A stretch of 64,000 nt of DNA from Candidatus Parcubacteria bacterium (GTDB taxonomy: Bacteria; Patescibacteriota; Minisyncoccia; Phycocordibacterales; PALSA-1337), in the NCBI GenBank assembly GCA_039799225.1, contig JBDLTF010000003.1:6606-70605 (forward strand), read 5' to 3'. The notes beneath the pieces are model-generated. The model made no database searches. It was not told where the DNA came from and was given only the letters and a program-made list of their open reading frames with translations. Each line of letters begins with the position of its first letter. Within the stretch, counting starts at the first letter, position 1. Below, piece after piece: positions 18,508 through 27,193 of the stretch. Both the position numbers and the translations under genes were made by a program.

Positions 18508-18789
18508 TTACTTTTGGGCCGGAATCGGCAATGCCTGCAACTCGTCGGCGAGGACTTTTTTCAAATGCTCGACGATTTCAAGACTGTTCTGACTTGAATC
18601 ATTCACAACTACAACTTCCCTCAAATGACAGGCGGCCAATGTGGTCCAGTCGTGCAAATTACCACGAATCCATTTATAAACCTCCTGAGGATCATCACGC
18701 AGACACGTGAGCAGAAGATTGCGATTATCCCCCTTATGCATTTCGAGAATCTGATCAGAAATGAACTCAACAACTCGCGTAGGCAACAT
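18508..18789 (-). CDS. Hypothetical 93-aa protein with weak, order-permuted barstar-like resemblance
   Basis: The ORF is well delimited between rplU and a terminator. The segments GDNRNLLLTCL and VVVVNDSS...EHLKKVLADELQALP loosely resemble barstar segments, but in swapped order. Confidence 0.3.
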   Translation of the reverse strand: MLPTRVVEFISDQILEMHKGDNRNLLLTCLRDDPQEVYKWIRGNLHDWTTLAACHLREVVVVNDSSQNSLEIVEHLKKVLADELQALPIPAQK

Positions 18790-18896
18790 ATGAAACCTTT
18801 CTCGTTACTTTGTTTACAGCTGACAACAAACTACATTTAAATTGATTAAATGTCAAACATACTTCATGCAACAAAAAATCGCCTTCCCGGCGATTT

Positions 18897-19214
18897 TTAC
18901 TTAACTGCGTCTATCTTAACTTTGAAGAAAGGCTGGCGATGACCGTTTTTCTTATAGTAACGGCTCTTCTGCTTGTAGTGAACGACCGTAATCTTAGGAG
19001 CGCGACCGATCTCAGTGATAGTACCCTTGACCTCAGCCTTTGAGATGTAAGGAGTACCGATAGTAGTGTCTTTGCCGTCATCGACGAGGAGAACCTTGTC
19101 GAATACAACCTTGTCACCCTCCTTGTGGGTGTCGGAAAGCTTCTCAATGGTGATGACATCACCCTTTGAAACGGTAAACTGCTTGCCTCCTGTTGTTATA
19201 ACGGCGAAATCCAT
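18897..19214 (-). CDS. rplU: 50S ribosomal protein L21
   Basis: MDFAVITTGGKQFTVSKGDVI...KVLLV matches the bL21 signature. Confidence 0.9.
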   Translation of the reverse strand: MDFAVITTGGKQFTVSKGDVITIEKLSDTHKEGDKVVFDKVLLVDDGKDTTIGTPYISKAEVKGTITEIGRAPKITVVHYKQKSRYYKKNGHRQPFFKVKIDAVK

Positions 19215-19275
19215 ATGTGGGACTATTCTACATGATTATAGAAAAAATGCAAATTCCTCGAGGTCGGACCCCAAA

Positions 19276-20370
19276 TTACGCCTCTTCCCCCTCTGGCTTC
19301 TCAAGCATAGCCACCTCTATACCCGGTGTTTCGCCCGTAATGCGGAGAACATCCTTGTCTACCTTCTTGAGCTCCTTACCAGAATTGTTGTAGTGGTTCA
19401 CCACCGTCGAAAGTGAGGTTCCGAGCTTAGCATGGTACTCCTCATACTTCTTGAGATGGGTGCCAAGCTGACCCACATGCTTCACGATATCCTTGGCCGT
19501 CTCCTCGATAACCATTGCCTTCAAGCCCTGAAGAACAGTCTGCAAATATGCCAAGAATGAGGTTGGTGATACGATAATGACCTTATACTTACTAGCCGCA
19601 CGCTGGATCAGATTGTCAGTTTCCTCGAGTGAGGCACCGATCTTATTCACGAGAAGATCATAGTAGATAGCCTCGTGTGGAATGAACATGAAGGCGAAAT
19701 CCATGGTTCCCTCAGCAGGACGAATATACTTCGAAGTCTCCTGAATACGAATTTTGAGATCGCCAACAAAGGCCTTCTCAAGCTTCTCCTTCTCAGTAGG
19801 ATTCTTCTCTTCAACGAGCTTATTGTAGTTCTCAAGCGAGAACTTCGAGTCGATCGGAATAACCTTGTCCTTCACGAAGACAGCCGCGTCGACGATTTCC
19901 CCATTCTTGAACGCATACTGCATCTGATACTGCCCTGGCGCGAGCACATTCTTGAGGAGAGTTTCGAGATAGTATTCACCGAGAATTCCGCGATGTTTTG
20001 GATTTTTGAGAATATCCTGAAGATTCTGGAGCTGATCGGCAAATGACACCACCTGCTTGTTGGTCTCGTCGAGCTTAGTCAGACCCTGTGTCACTTCCCT
20101 AATCAGTTTCGAAGACTCTGAGAGCTGAGAACGCATCGATTCCTGCATATTCTTGGAGGATTCATTGATCTTGAAGTCGACAGTCTTGGTCAGGTCCCCC
20201 ACTTTACGGTCCACGGTGCGCGACATCTCATTGATTTGCTGGAGGATGAGCTTGAGGCCAGTATCATCCTTGGGAGCCTCAGGAGCGGCTTTCTTGCGCA
20301 AAAAAAGGACGCCAAGAACGATGTTGGCGAGAATGGCGATAATTACGAGGACAACGAGAAGAGTGGTCAT
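19276..20370 (-). CDS. rmuC: DNA recombination protein RmuC
   Basis: N-terminal TM helix, long coiled-coil, then the C-terminal RmuC core (YIRPAEGTMDFAFMFIPHEAIYYDLL). Confidence 0.75.
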   Translation of the reverse strand: MTTLLVVLVIIAILANIVLGVLFLRKKAAPEAPKDDTGLKLILQQINEMSRTVDRKVGDLTKTVDFKINESSKNMQESMRSQLSESSKLIREVTQGLTKLDETNKQVVSFADQLQNLQDILKNPKHRGILGEYYLETLLKNVLAPGQYQMQYAFKNGEIVDAAVFVKDKVIPIDSKFSLENYNKLVEEKNPTEKEKLEKAFVGDLKIRIQETSKYIRPAEGTMDFAFMFIPHEAIYYDLLVNKIGASLEETDNLIQRAASKYKVIIVSPTSFLAYLQTVLQGLKAMVIEETAKDIVKHVGQLGTHLKKYEEYHAKLGTSLSTVVNHYNNSGKELKKVDKDVLRITGETPGIEVAMLEKPEGEEA

Positions 20371-20529
20371 GGAACAAGTTTACAGGGAAATACATTGTAT
20401 GCAAAGAGGAGACGTAATTCATTAACTTCGATTTTTCAATGACAGGGGTCCTTGTGGTACATAGCTAGGTACTAGAAACTGCTTCAAAAATATGGTACTT
20501 TTACTGCGCCTATAACTAAATGGTCTGTT

Positions 20530-21330
20530 ATGCAAAAGGAAGAATACTATCTTTATTTCGATGACTCAGGAATACGTTTTCCTGATAAGCAACAAATGGT
20601 CCGCAGCGACGGAATGGATCATTTTTCTTTGGGCGGAATTCTTATCAAGAAATCTGATCGTAGTATAGTTATTGAAAAGTATAAAGAGCTTCGGAAAAAG
20701 TGGAGAATCACTTACCCTCTAAGATCTTCAGATATGCGTGGGAAACGTGGAAATTTTGTTTGGCTTTCTGACAAAACTGTACACGACGAATTTTTCAAGG
20801 ATTTGAATGAATTTTTGTGTACAATCCCAGTAATTGGATTTGCCGCAGTCGTAGATCGTGGAGGATATAACAAACGTTACAAAGAAAAATACAAGGACAA
20901 ACGATGGTGGATGTGCAAAACGGCCTTTAATGTGTTAATTGAGCGTACAGTCAAACATGTAATACATAAAAATGGTCTCCTTCACATTCGCTTTGAAGAG
21001 GGTGGGAAGAAAGAGGACAGAGCTATAGTAGAATATTTGAAGGATTTGAAAAAGACAGGAATGCCCTTTGACGCTTCTACATCTTCAAAATATTCTCCCG
21101 TAGAGGCTAAAGATTTTCGTGCTGTTGTGTTAGGAGATCCACGCCGCCAAATGAAAAAATCACCGCTCATTCAAATTGCAGACCTCTATTTATATCCAAT
21201 GATAAAAGGTGGTTATGATAAAGAATACCCACCATACAAGATGCTTATGAAAGAAAATAAGCTTATCGACACCCATCTTTCCAACGAAACTATCACCACT
21301 TGCGGTATTAAGTACAGTTGTTTTGAGTAG
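20530..21330 (+). CDS. DUF3800 family protein (predicted RNase H-like fold), in an AT-rich, Lys-rich gene
   Basis: The N-terminal YLYFDDSG motif (DUF3800 YxDESG-type) and overall length/pattern. Codon usage is visibly AT-shifted relative to the neighbours. Confidence 0.5.
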   Translation: MQKEEYYLYFDDSGIRFPDKQQMVRSDGMDHFSLGGILIKKSDRSIVIEKYKELRKKWRITYPLRSSDMRGKRGNFVWLSDKTVHDEFFKDLNEFLCTIPVIGFAAVVDRGGYNKRYKEKYKDKRWWMCKTAFNVLIERTVKHVIHKNGLLHIRFEEGGKKEDRAIVEYLKDLKKTGMPFDASTSSKYSPVEAKDFRAVVLGDPRRQMKKSPLIQIADLYLYPMIKGGYDKEYPPYKMLMKENKLIDTHLSNETITTCGIKYSCFE

Positions 21331-21337
21331 ATGTAGC

Positions 21338-21366
21338 AAAATACCCAGATAAATCTGGGTATTTTA
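21338..21366 (+). terminator. Rho-independent terminator after the DUF3800 gene
   Basis: atacccaga-taaa-tctgggtat followed by TTTTA. A second hairpin (ggtccgcaatgcggacc) follows. Confidence 0.5.
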
Positions 21367-21574
21367 CCGGTCCGCAATGCGGACCCCGGGGCTTGATGCC
21401 CATAGGTATAATATAACACATTATTCTGCATGTTACAAAAGGTGTGAATAAGTCTAAAATACGTAGATTTAGCACAACTAAATCTACTTAAACTTCCTTC
21501 TCAAGAGCAGTACATCCTATTAAAAAATATCTATTACGCCATTGCCATCCTTTGTCCTTTCTAGTATCATTCTC

Positions 21575-21770
21575 TATACAGAAGTCGTCACAGCTACCAC
21601 CTGTGATCGGGAATTCCCCGAGTCCACGGACCCAATCTGAAGAATGAGTGCCCGCACCCGCGGGAAACTCGGTGGAACCGCGAGGAACAGTGTTCTCCGC
21701 CCGAGTATATGCGTGAATTTTTCATGCGTATACTCGGGCGTATTTTATTTATTGAGCATTATCACTATCA
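21575..21770 (+). promoter_or_regulatory. T-box riboswitch leader of thrS (T-box sequence plus intrinsic terminator/antiterminator)
   Basis: GGTGGAACCGCGAG matches the T-box consensus GGUGGNACCGCG. Immediately downstream is a strong terminator hairpin cgcccgagtatatgcg...cgcatatactcgggcg followed by TATTTTATTT, whose 5' half can pair with the T-box (antiterminator). ACC (Thr codon) triplets occur in the upstream stem region. Confidence 0.55.
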
Positions 21771-21775
21771 TCACT

Positions 21776-23524
21776 ATGAACCCAGAACATCTCCCCCATC
21801 TCCGCCACACCCTCGCTCACTTGCTCGCCGCAGCAGTACTCGAGATCTATCCTGACGCCAAGCCGACTATCGGTCCCGCTATCGACAACGGTTTCTATTA
21901 CGATTTCGAATTCAAAACCCCTATTGCAGAAGCTGACCTCAAGGATATCGAGAAGAAGATGCGCAAGCTCCTCCCTTCGTGGAAATCTGTCGAGCACAAA
22001 GAAGTTTCCAAGGAAGATGCCGTGAAGCATTTCTCTGAAAATCATTTCAAAGTCGAACTTATCGATGAGATTCACAACAAGGGTGAGAAGATTACTTTCT
22101 ACACTATGGGTAAGTTCACCGACCTCTGCCGTGGTGGACACCTCGAGAGCCCTTCCAAGGAAATTGCTGACAACTCATTCAAGCTCTCCAAGATTGCTGG
22201 CGCATACTGGCGCGGCAATGAGGCCAATGCTCAGCTCACCCGTATCTACGGTCTCGCCTTTGCGACTGCCGAAGAACTCAACGGCTACCTCGAGATGATG
22301 AAGGAGGCTGAGAAGCGCGATCACCGCAAACTCGGCAAGGAAATGGATATCTTCGAATTCGATGATGATGTAGGTCCTGGTCTCGCACTCTGGCTCCCCA
22401 ACGGCGCAGCGATGATTGAGGAACTCGAGAAGCTCGCCAAGGAGACGGAATTCCACGGCAACTATGTCCGCGTGCGCACTCCGCACCTCGCCAAGGAAAG
22501 CATGTACAAGAAGAGCGGTCACCTGCCGTACTATGAGGAATCCATGTACCCTCCGATGGAATACGAGGGTGGTAAGTACTACCTCAAGGCCATGAATTGT
22601 CCGCACCACCACAAGGTGTTTGCCGCTCGTCCCAAGAGCTATCGTGATCTTCCCCTTCGTCTCGCTGAATACGGCACCTGTTATCGTCATGAGAAATCAG
22701 GTGAACTCTTCGGTCTTATGCGCGTACGTGCCCTCCAGATGAACGATGCGCATATCTACTGTACTGAGGAACAGTTTGCCGATGAATTCCGCGCAGTGAA
22801 CGACATGTACCTCAAATACTTCAAGATTTTTGGCGTCGAGAAATATGTCATGCGCTTCTCAACTCATGATCCCAAGAGGCTTGGCGAGAAATTCGTCGAT
22901 GAATCAGCGCTCTGGACGAAGACTGAGGACATGGTCCGCAAAGTCCTTATAGATTCCAAGATTCCCTACATCGAAGTTCCCAACGAAGCCGCCTTCTATG
23001 GTCCCAAAATCGATGTGCAGGTCTGGTCAGCTATCGGTCGTGAATTCACCCTCGCGACCAACCAAGTCGACTTTGCTGTGCCAGGTCGCTTCGGTCTTAC
23101 TTACACTGCCCAAGACGGTTCCTTCAAGACACCGCTCTGTATCCACCGCGCACCGCTCGGCACTCATGAGCGCTTCATTGGCTTCCTCATTGAACACTTT
23201 GGCGGCAACTTCCCTCTCTGGCTCGCGCCGGTGCAAGTGAAGGTAATTCCTGTACTTGAAACTCATTTCGCAGAAGCACAAAAGGTTCACGATGCTCTCC
23301 GCGCACTCATGATTCGTTCAGAGATCGATCTCTCGAATGACGGATTCGGCAAGAAGATCAGGAATGCCAAGAATGAGCGCGTACCGTACACCATTATTCT
23401 CGGAGACAAAGATATTGCCGCTGGAAAGATTACGCTTGAAAGCAGAGACAAGGGACAGATTGGTCAGGTTTCAGTAGAGGAGGTATTGAAAAAGTTTACA
23501 GAGGAGATCAAGGAGAGGAAGTAA
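21776..23524 (+). CDS. thrS: Threonyl-tRNA synthetase (start set after the leader)
   Basis: Class II aaRS motifs, including NCPHHHKVF (zinc site), HRAPLGTHERFIGFLIEHFGG (motif 3) and the C-terminal anticodon-binding domain. Confidence 0.93.
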   Translation: MNPEHLPHLRHTLAHLLAAAVLEIYPDAKPTIGPAIDNGFYYDFEFKTPIAEADLKDIEKKMRKLLPSWKSVEHKEVSKEDAVKHFSENHFKVELIDEIHNKGEKITFYTMGKFTDLCRGGHLESPSKEIADNSFKLSKIAGAYWRGNEANAQLTRIYGLAFATAEELNGYLEMMKEAEKRDHRKLGKEMDIFEFDDDVGPGLALWLPNGAAMIEELEKLAKETEFHGNYVRVRTPHLAKESMYKKSGHLPYYEESMYPPMEYEGGKYYLKAMNCPHHHKVFAARPKSYRDLPLRLAEYGTCYRHEKSGELFGLMRVRALQMNDAHIYCTEEQFADEFRAVNDMYLKYFKIFGVEKYVMRFSTHDPKRLGEKFVDESALWTKTEDMVRKVLIDSKIPYIEVPNEAAFYGPKIDVQVWSAIGREFTLATNQVDFAVPGRFGLTYTAQDGSFKTPLCIHRAPLGTHERFIGFLIEHFGGNFPLWLAPVQVKVIPVLETHFAEAQKVHDALRALMIRSEIDLSNDGFGKKIRNAKNERVPYTIILGDKDIAAGKITLESRDKGQIGQVSVEEVLKKFTEEIKERK

Positions 23525-23546
23525 AAACGATTCAACAGATATGAAG

Positions 23547-23579
23547 AAGCCCCCGTTCTATTGAACGAGGGCTTTTTTT
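23547..23579. terminator. Rho-independent terminator after thrS (hairpin flanked by A- and T-runs, possibly bidirectional)
   Basis: gcccccgttc-tatt-gaacgagggc followed by TTTTTTT. Confidence 0.6.
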
Positions 23580-23586
23580 GGTGTGC

Positions 23587-23793
23587 TTAGATCACCACAC
23601 CAGTCTGAGCATCCACGAGCCGGTGACGCGGGATGACCGGAATCGCATCCGTCAACCGATCAAAGTTGACGGCGATCGTCATCTTCGGAGGCTGACCGGC
23701 GAGCTGCGCGAACCAATTCCGAGCATTGCGTGCCGGACCCCTGACCGTAACGGTTGTGGCCGGCTTATCGAGCATTCCAATGTTTGGTTTCAT
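23587..23793 (-). CDS. Hypothetical small protein (68 aa)
   Basis: ORF only. No recognisable motif. Confidence 0.25.
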   Translation of the reverse strand: MKPNIGMLDKPATTVTVRGPARNARNWFAQLAGQPPKMTIAVNFDRLTDAIPVIPRHRLVDAQTGVVI

Positions 23794-24231
23794 CTGTAGT
23801 ACCTTTCCTTAACTATGTTGTTCCATGCTCTATTCCAGATGAGCGATCTGCGTGACATCCCAAACGGGCGATTTTGAGGCATTCACGATACCGGTACAAC
23901 CCGTAATGACTACCGAAATTTTCAGTAGAGGCGGACTCTGCGAATATCAAATTCACGGATGATTCCCGCCCTGGCTCGTACCCATTTTTCTTTACTCTTC
24001 GCATACGCGATGAGATGGATAGCGATGCATGCCAGACTGCTGTGAAGCATGAGGCCTGCCAATACTAGTTCGATTTTCTTCATAAAAGATCCTTCAGTTT
24101 TCAAAGATTCGGGTGTTGTGTGTATTCAACCCGCGATACGACTCCCTGTAACCAGTTCATCGTATCTATTCATAGTATACCATATTATATACCTATTTGT
24201 CAAGATACCCTGTATAGCCCTTACATATACC

Positions 24232-24258
24232 AAAAACCCCCTATTTCAGGGGGTTTTT
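24232..24258. terminator. Bidirectional rho-independent terminator
   Basis: aaaaaccccct-atttc-agggggttttt. Confidence 0.6.
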
Positions 24259-24306
24259 GTAACATTTCTTATTTGGAGTCGCACCCGTCTTACCTAACCC
24301 TATCGC

Positions 24307-25695
24307 TTATATCTTAGGCCTGTTGAAGAGGAGATAGACGACGGTTCCGAAGAGAACGAGGATGATGAGGATCGCTACCCAACCCCATGGAACGTTCTTG
24401 AGGGAGAAGAGAGCTGCTGCAGAGAGACCATTATCGGAATCCTTAGAATCATCTACTGTCGGAGCTGGGGTTGTATTCCCTGCACCGCGGACGGTGATAC
24501 TTGTGCTACATGCACGAGTCTCAGAGCGGCCATCGGCTGACTTGATTGTGATGATCGCAGTCTTGTTTCCAGAAGTACCATAGTACTTGATGACTGAGCC
24601 GGTGTTACCAGTGAGGTCATCGGTTCCGCTCCAAGTATAAGTATATGGAGCTATGCCACCAGTGACTTCAGTAATCCAGGTCGCAGGCTGATTGATCGAG
24701 ACTGTGCGAGGATCTGAATAACATGCGATATCGAGACCGCTGTTGTTATTGTTTACTGGGTAAACTGGATATCCAGAAGAGTAGCCACCAACATTCACGC
24801 TGTTGTTACAGCTCTGAGTGATAGTCTGACCATTTGACCAGACAGTGATAGAAGCGTACTTGATACCAGCATTGTTGTATGAGCGAGAGACTGAGCGTGA
24901 TGATCCAGAGAGGCCATCAGTTCCGTTCCAGCTATAGTTGTATGATCCATTTCCACCTGAGATAGATGAATTCCAACGAACTGTACGTCCGGTGTTTACT
25001 GAACTTGAATCAGCAGAACATGAGACTGAGAGCGGATAGTTGTAGTTGTAATCGTTGTCGTAATCGTACGGATAATCATTGTTGTTGTATCCGTTGTCGC
25101 GAACGCGGAGAGTACCGTCACAGTTGCGAGATACAGTCTGATTGCCTGACCTTACGGTGACAGTCGCACTCTTGTATCCTTCGTTGCTGTAACGCTTCGA
25201 GATAGCCTGACCGGTACCTGAGAGTCCGTCAGTTCCGCTCCATGAGAAATAGTATGAACCATTACCTCCGTATGCCTGAGCCTGCCATGTAGCACGGTCG
25301 CCCTCATCTATATTGAGAGGCATTGGATAACAAGAAGCCTGAAGAGCACCCTGATTGTTATCGTAGTAATTATAATCGTAATCGTAGTTGTAGACCGGAG
25401 TCTGGTTGTATGCGACGGGAGCACCAACGACAGCGCCTGGGCTATTTATGTTGCTGTTGACGTTGTTGCTGTTCGTATAGGTGTTGGTATTGGTGACGGT
25501 CTGAGGATCGTCATTGCCAAAGTCGAGACCAGGAAGCTGAGCATCGCCACTGATCACACAGAGAGGATCGAGGAATCCGAGAGCCTTGATACATGCATGA
25601 GCCTGAGTCGGAGCAATTGAGATTGCGCCAAACACGAGCACGAATGACATGCTTGCAAGAGCGATGTATTTGGTTGTGGAATTGATGATATTCAT
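24307..25695 (-). CDS. Cell-surface repeat protein: signal peptide, Asn/Tyr-rich low-complexity segments, three repeated domains and a C-terminal TM anchor
   Basis: Signal peptide ...APTQAHA. Three repeats share GG(N/I)G.Y.(Y/F).W.GTDGL.G....(S/I).(K/R).Y. C-terminal WGWVAILIILVLFGTVVYLLF followed by a short tail. Confidence 0.55.
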   Translation of the reverse strand: MNIINSTTKYIALASMSFVLVFGAISIAPTQAHACIKALGFLDPLCVISGDAQLPGLDFGNDDPQTVTNTNTYTNSNNVNSNINSPGAVVGAPVAYNQTPVYNYDYDYNYYDNNQGALQASCYPMPLNIDEGDRATWQAQAYGGNGSYYFSWSGTDGLSGTGQAISKRYSNEGYKSATVTVRSGNQTVSRNCDGTLRVRDNGYNNNDYPYDYDNDYNYNYPLSVSCSADSSSVNTGRTVRWNSSISGGNGSYNYSWNGTDGLSGSSRSVSRSYNNAGIKYASITVWSNGQTITQSCNNSVNVGGYSSGYPVYPVNNNNSGLDIACYSDPRTVSINQPATWITEVTGGIAPYTYTWSGTDDLTGNTGSVIKYYGTSGNKTAIITIKSADGRSETRACSTSITVRGAGNTTPAPTVDDSKDSDNGLSAAALFSLKNVPWGWVAILIILVLFGTVVYLLFNRPKI

Positions 25696-25869
25696 AATGG
25701 TTTCAGCATATCCCTACCCCGCGGCCTTGTAAAGCCGCAAAATTGGGCTATGGTCTCTTAAAATAATAACTCCGCTACTATATACTATAAATAGGAAAAA
25801 GTCAAGTAGTCTCCTCTAACATACCCAGAAACCCCTGGAAATAGGGCCTATTTATGCTACAATAGCCCC

Positions 25870-27186
25870 ATGTCAAAAGACCAGAAAAAGCTATCTACTG
25901 ACTCCTATAAGGGAGTTCGCGACTTCTTCCCTGCCGATATGGCCGTCGAGAAGCGTATTTTCGATATCTGGAGGAATACCGTCGAGAAGTATGGATACGA
26001 GGAATACGGTGCATCTGTGCTCGAACCCGCTGAGCTCTACCAAGCCAAGTCTGGCGAAGAGATCGTCAGTCAGCAGACCTACACCTTCACTGATCGTGGA
26101 GATCGTCAGGTCACCCTCCGTCCTGAGATGACTCCTTCTCTTGCGCGCATGGTCGCAGCTAAGAAGCGTGAACTTCCTTTCCCACTCCGCTGGTATTCGA
26201 TTCCGAACCTTTTCCGTTATGAACAACCTCAGCGTGGACGCGTGCGTGAACATTGGCAGCTCAACGTCGACCTCTTCGGCGTTGATTCTATAGCTGCAGA
26301 AATCGAGACCATCAATATGGCCTCAGATATCATGAGAGCCTATGGTCTCAAGGATTCTGATTTCGAAATCCGCATCAACAACCGTAAGCTCATGAACTAT
26401 GTGACGCGGGATGTATTCGGCTTGGACGAAACAGCGGCACAGACGATTGCCAAGCTCATCGATAAGAAAGACAAAGTTTCTGTCGAGGCATTTTCGCTTG
26501 GTGTGCAAGAAGTATTCTCAGCTCAAAACAAATCCGACAAGGTTCAAGCATTCCTCACACTCCTCAACAGCAAAAACTTCGAGGACTTCACCACCAACCT
26601 CCCTCAAACCACGGAAGAACATGTTGGCCTCAAGGAAATTCGTGACGTTATCGCTGGTCTTGAGCGCCTCGGTGTCACCAATGCTCGCTTCGATCAGACA
26701 CTCATGCGCGGTTTCGACTATTATACTGGTGTCGTCTTCGAAATATACGATCTCAATCCCGCAAATCGTCGCTCAGTATTCGGTGGTGGCCGCTACGACG
26801 ACCTCCTTTCACTCTTCGGTAATGACAAAGTATCAGCTGTCGGCTTCGGTGCAGGTGATGTGATCGCTCGTGACCTCATGGAAACCTATGGCACACTTCC
26901 CAAGAATGAATCTCCTGCTGATGTCGCTCTCATCGTCGTCGGTGAACAAAATACTCCATATGCGCTCGAAGTAGCACAGTCATTGCGCAGCAAAAATATC
27001 CGCGTCGCTATCGATCTCTCCAACAAGAAAGTAGGTGACCAGATCAAGAATGCCGACAAGCGCGGTATTCCTTCTATTATTGCTATCGGTGACGAAGAAG
27101 TGAAGACTGGCATACTCAAAATGAAAAACCTCGCGACTGGCGAGGAGATTTCAGGAACAGAGGCTGAGATTGCCCCAAAACTCTAG
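25870..27186 (+). CDS. hisS: Histidyl-tRNA synthetase
   Basis: HisRS motifs RWYSIPNLFRYEQPQRGRVREHWQLNVDLFG (motif 2 region) and GGGRYDDL, plus the C-terminal anticodon-binding domain. Confidence 0.92.
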   Translation: MSKDQKKLSTDSYKGVRDFFPADMAVEKRIFDIWRNTVEKYGYEEYGASVLEPAELYQAKSGEEIVSQQTYTFTDRGDRQVTLRPEMTPSLARMVAAKKRELPFPLRWYSIPNLFRYEQPQRGRVREHWQLNVDLFGVDSIAAEIETINMASDIMRAYGLKDSDFEIRINNRKLMNYVTRDVFGLDETAAQTIAKLIDKKDKVSVEAFSLGVQEVFSAQNKSDKVQAFLTLLNSKNFEDFTTNLPQTTEEHVGLKEIRDVIAGLERLGVTNARFDQTLMRGFDYYTGVVFEIYDLNPANRRSVFGGGRYDDLLSLFGNDKVSAVGFGAGDVIARDLMETYGTLPKNESPADVALIVVGEQNTPYALEVAQSLRSKNIRVAIDLSNKKVGDQIKNADKRGIPSIIAIGDEEVKTGILKMKNLATGEEISGTEAEIAPKL

Positions 27187-27193
27187 TAGCGAC

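Noticed and set aside
21644-21775. N-terminal 44-aa extension of thrS in the ORF track
   Set aside because: It covers the T-box/terminator leader. The conserved ThrRS sequence begins at the Met at 21776.
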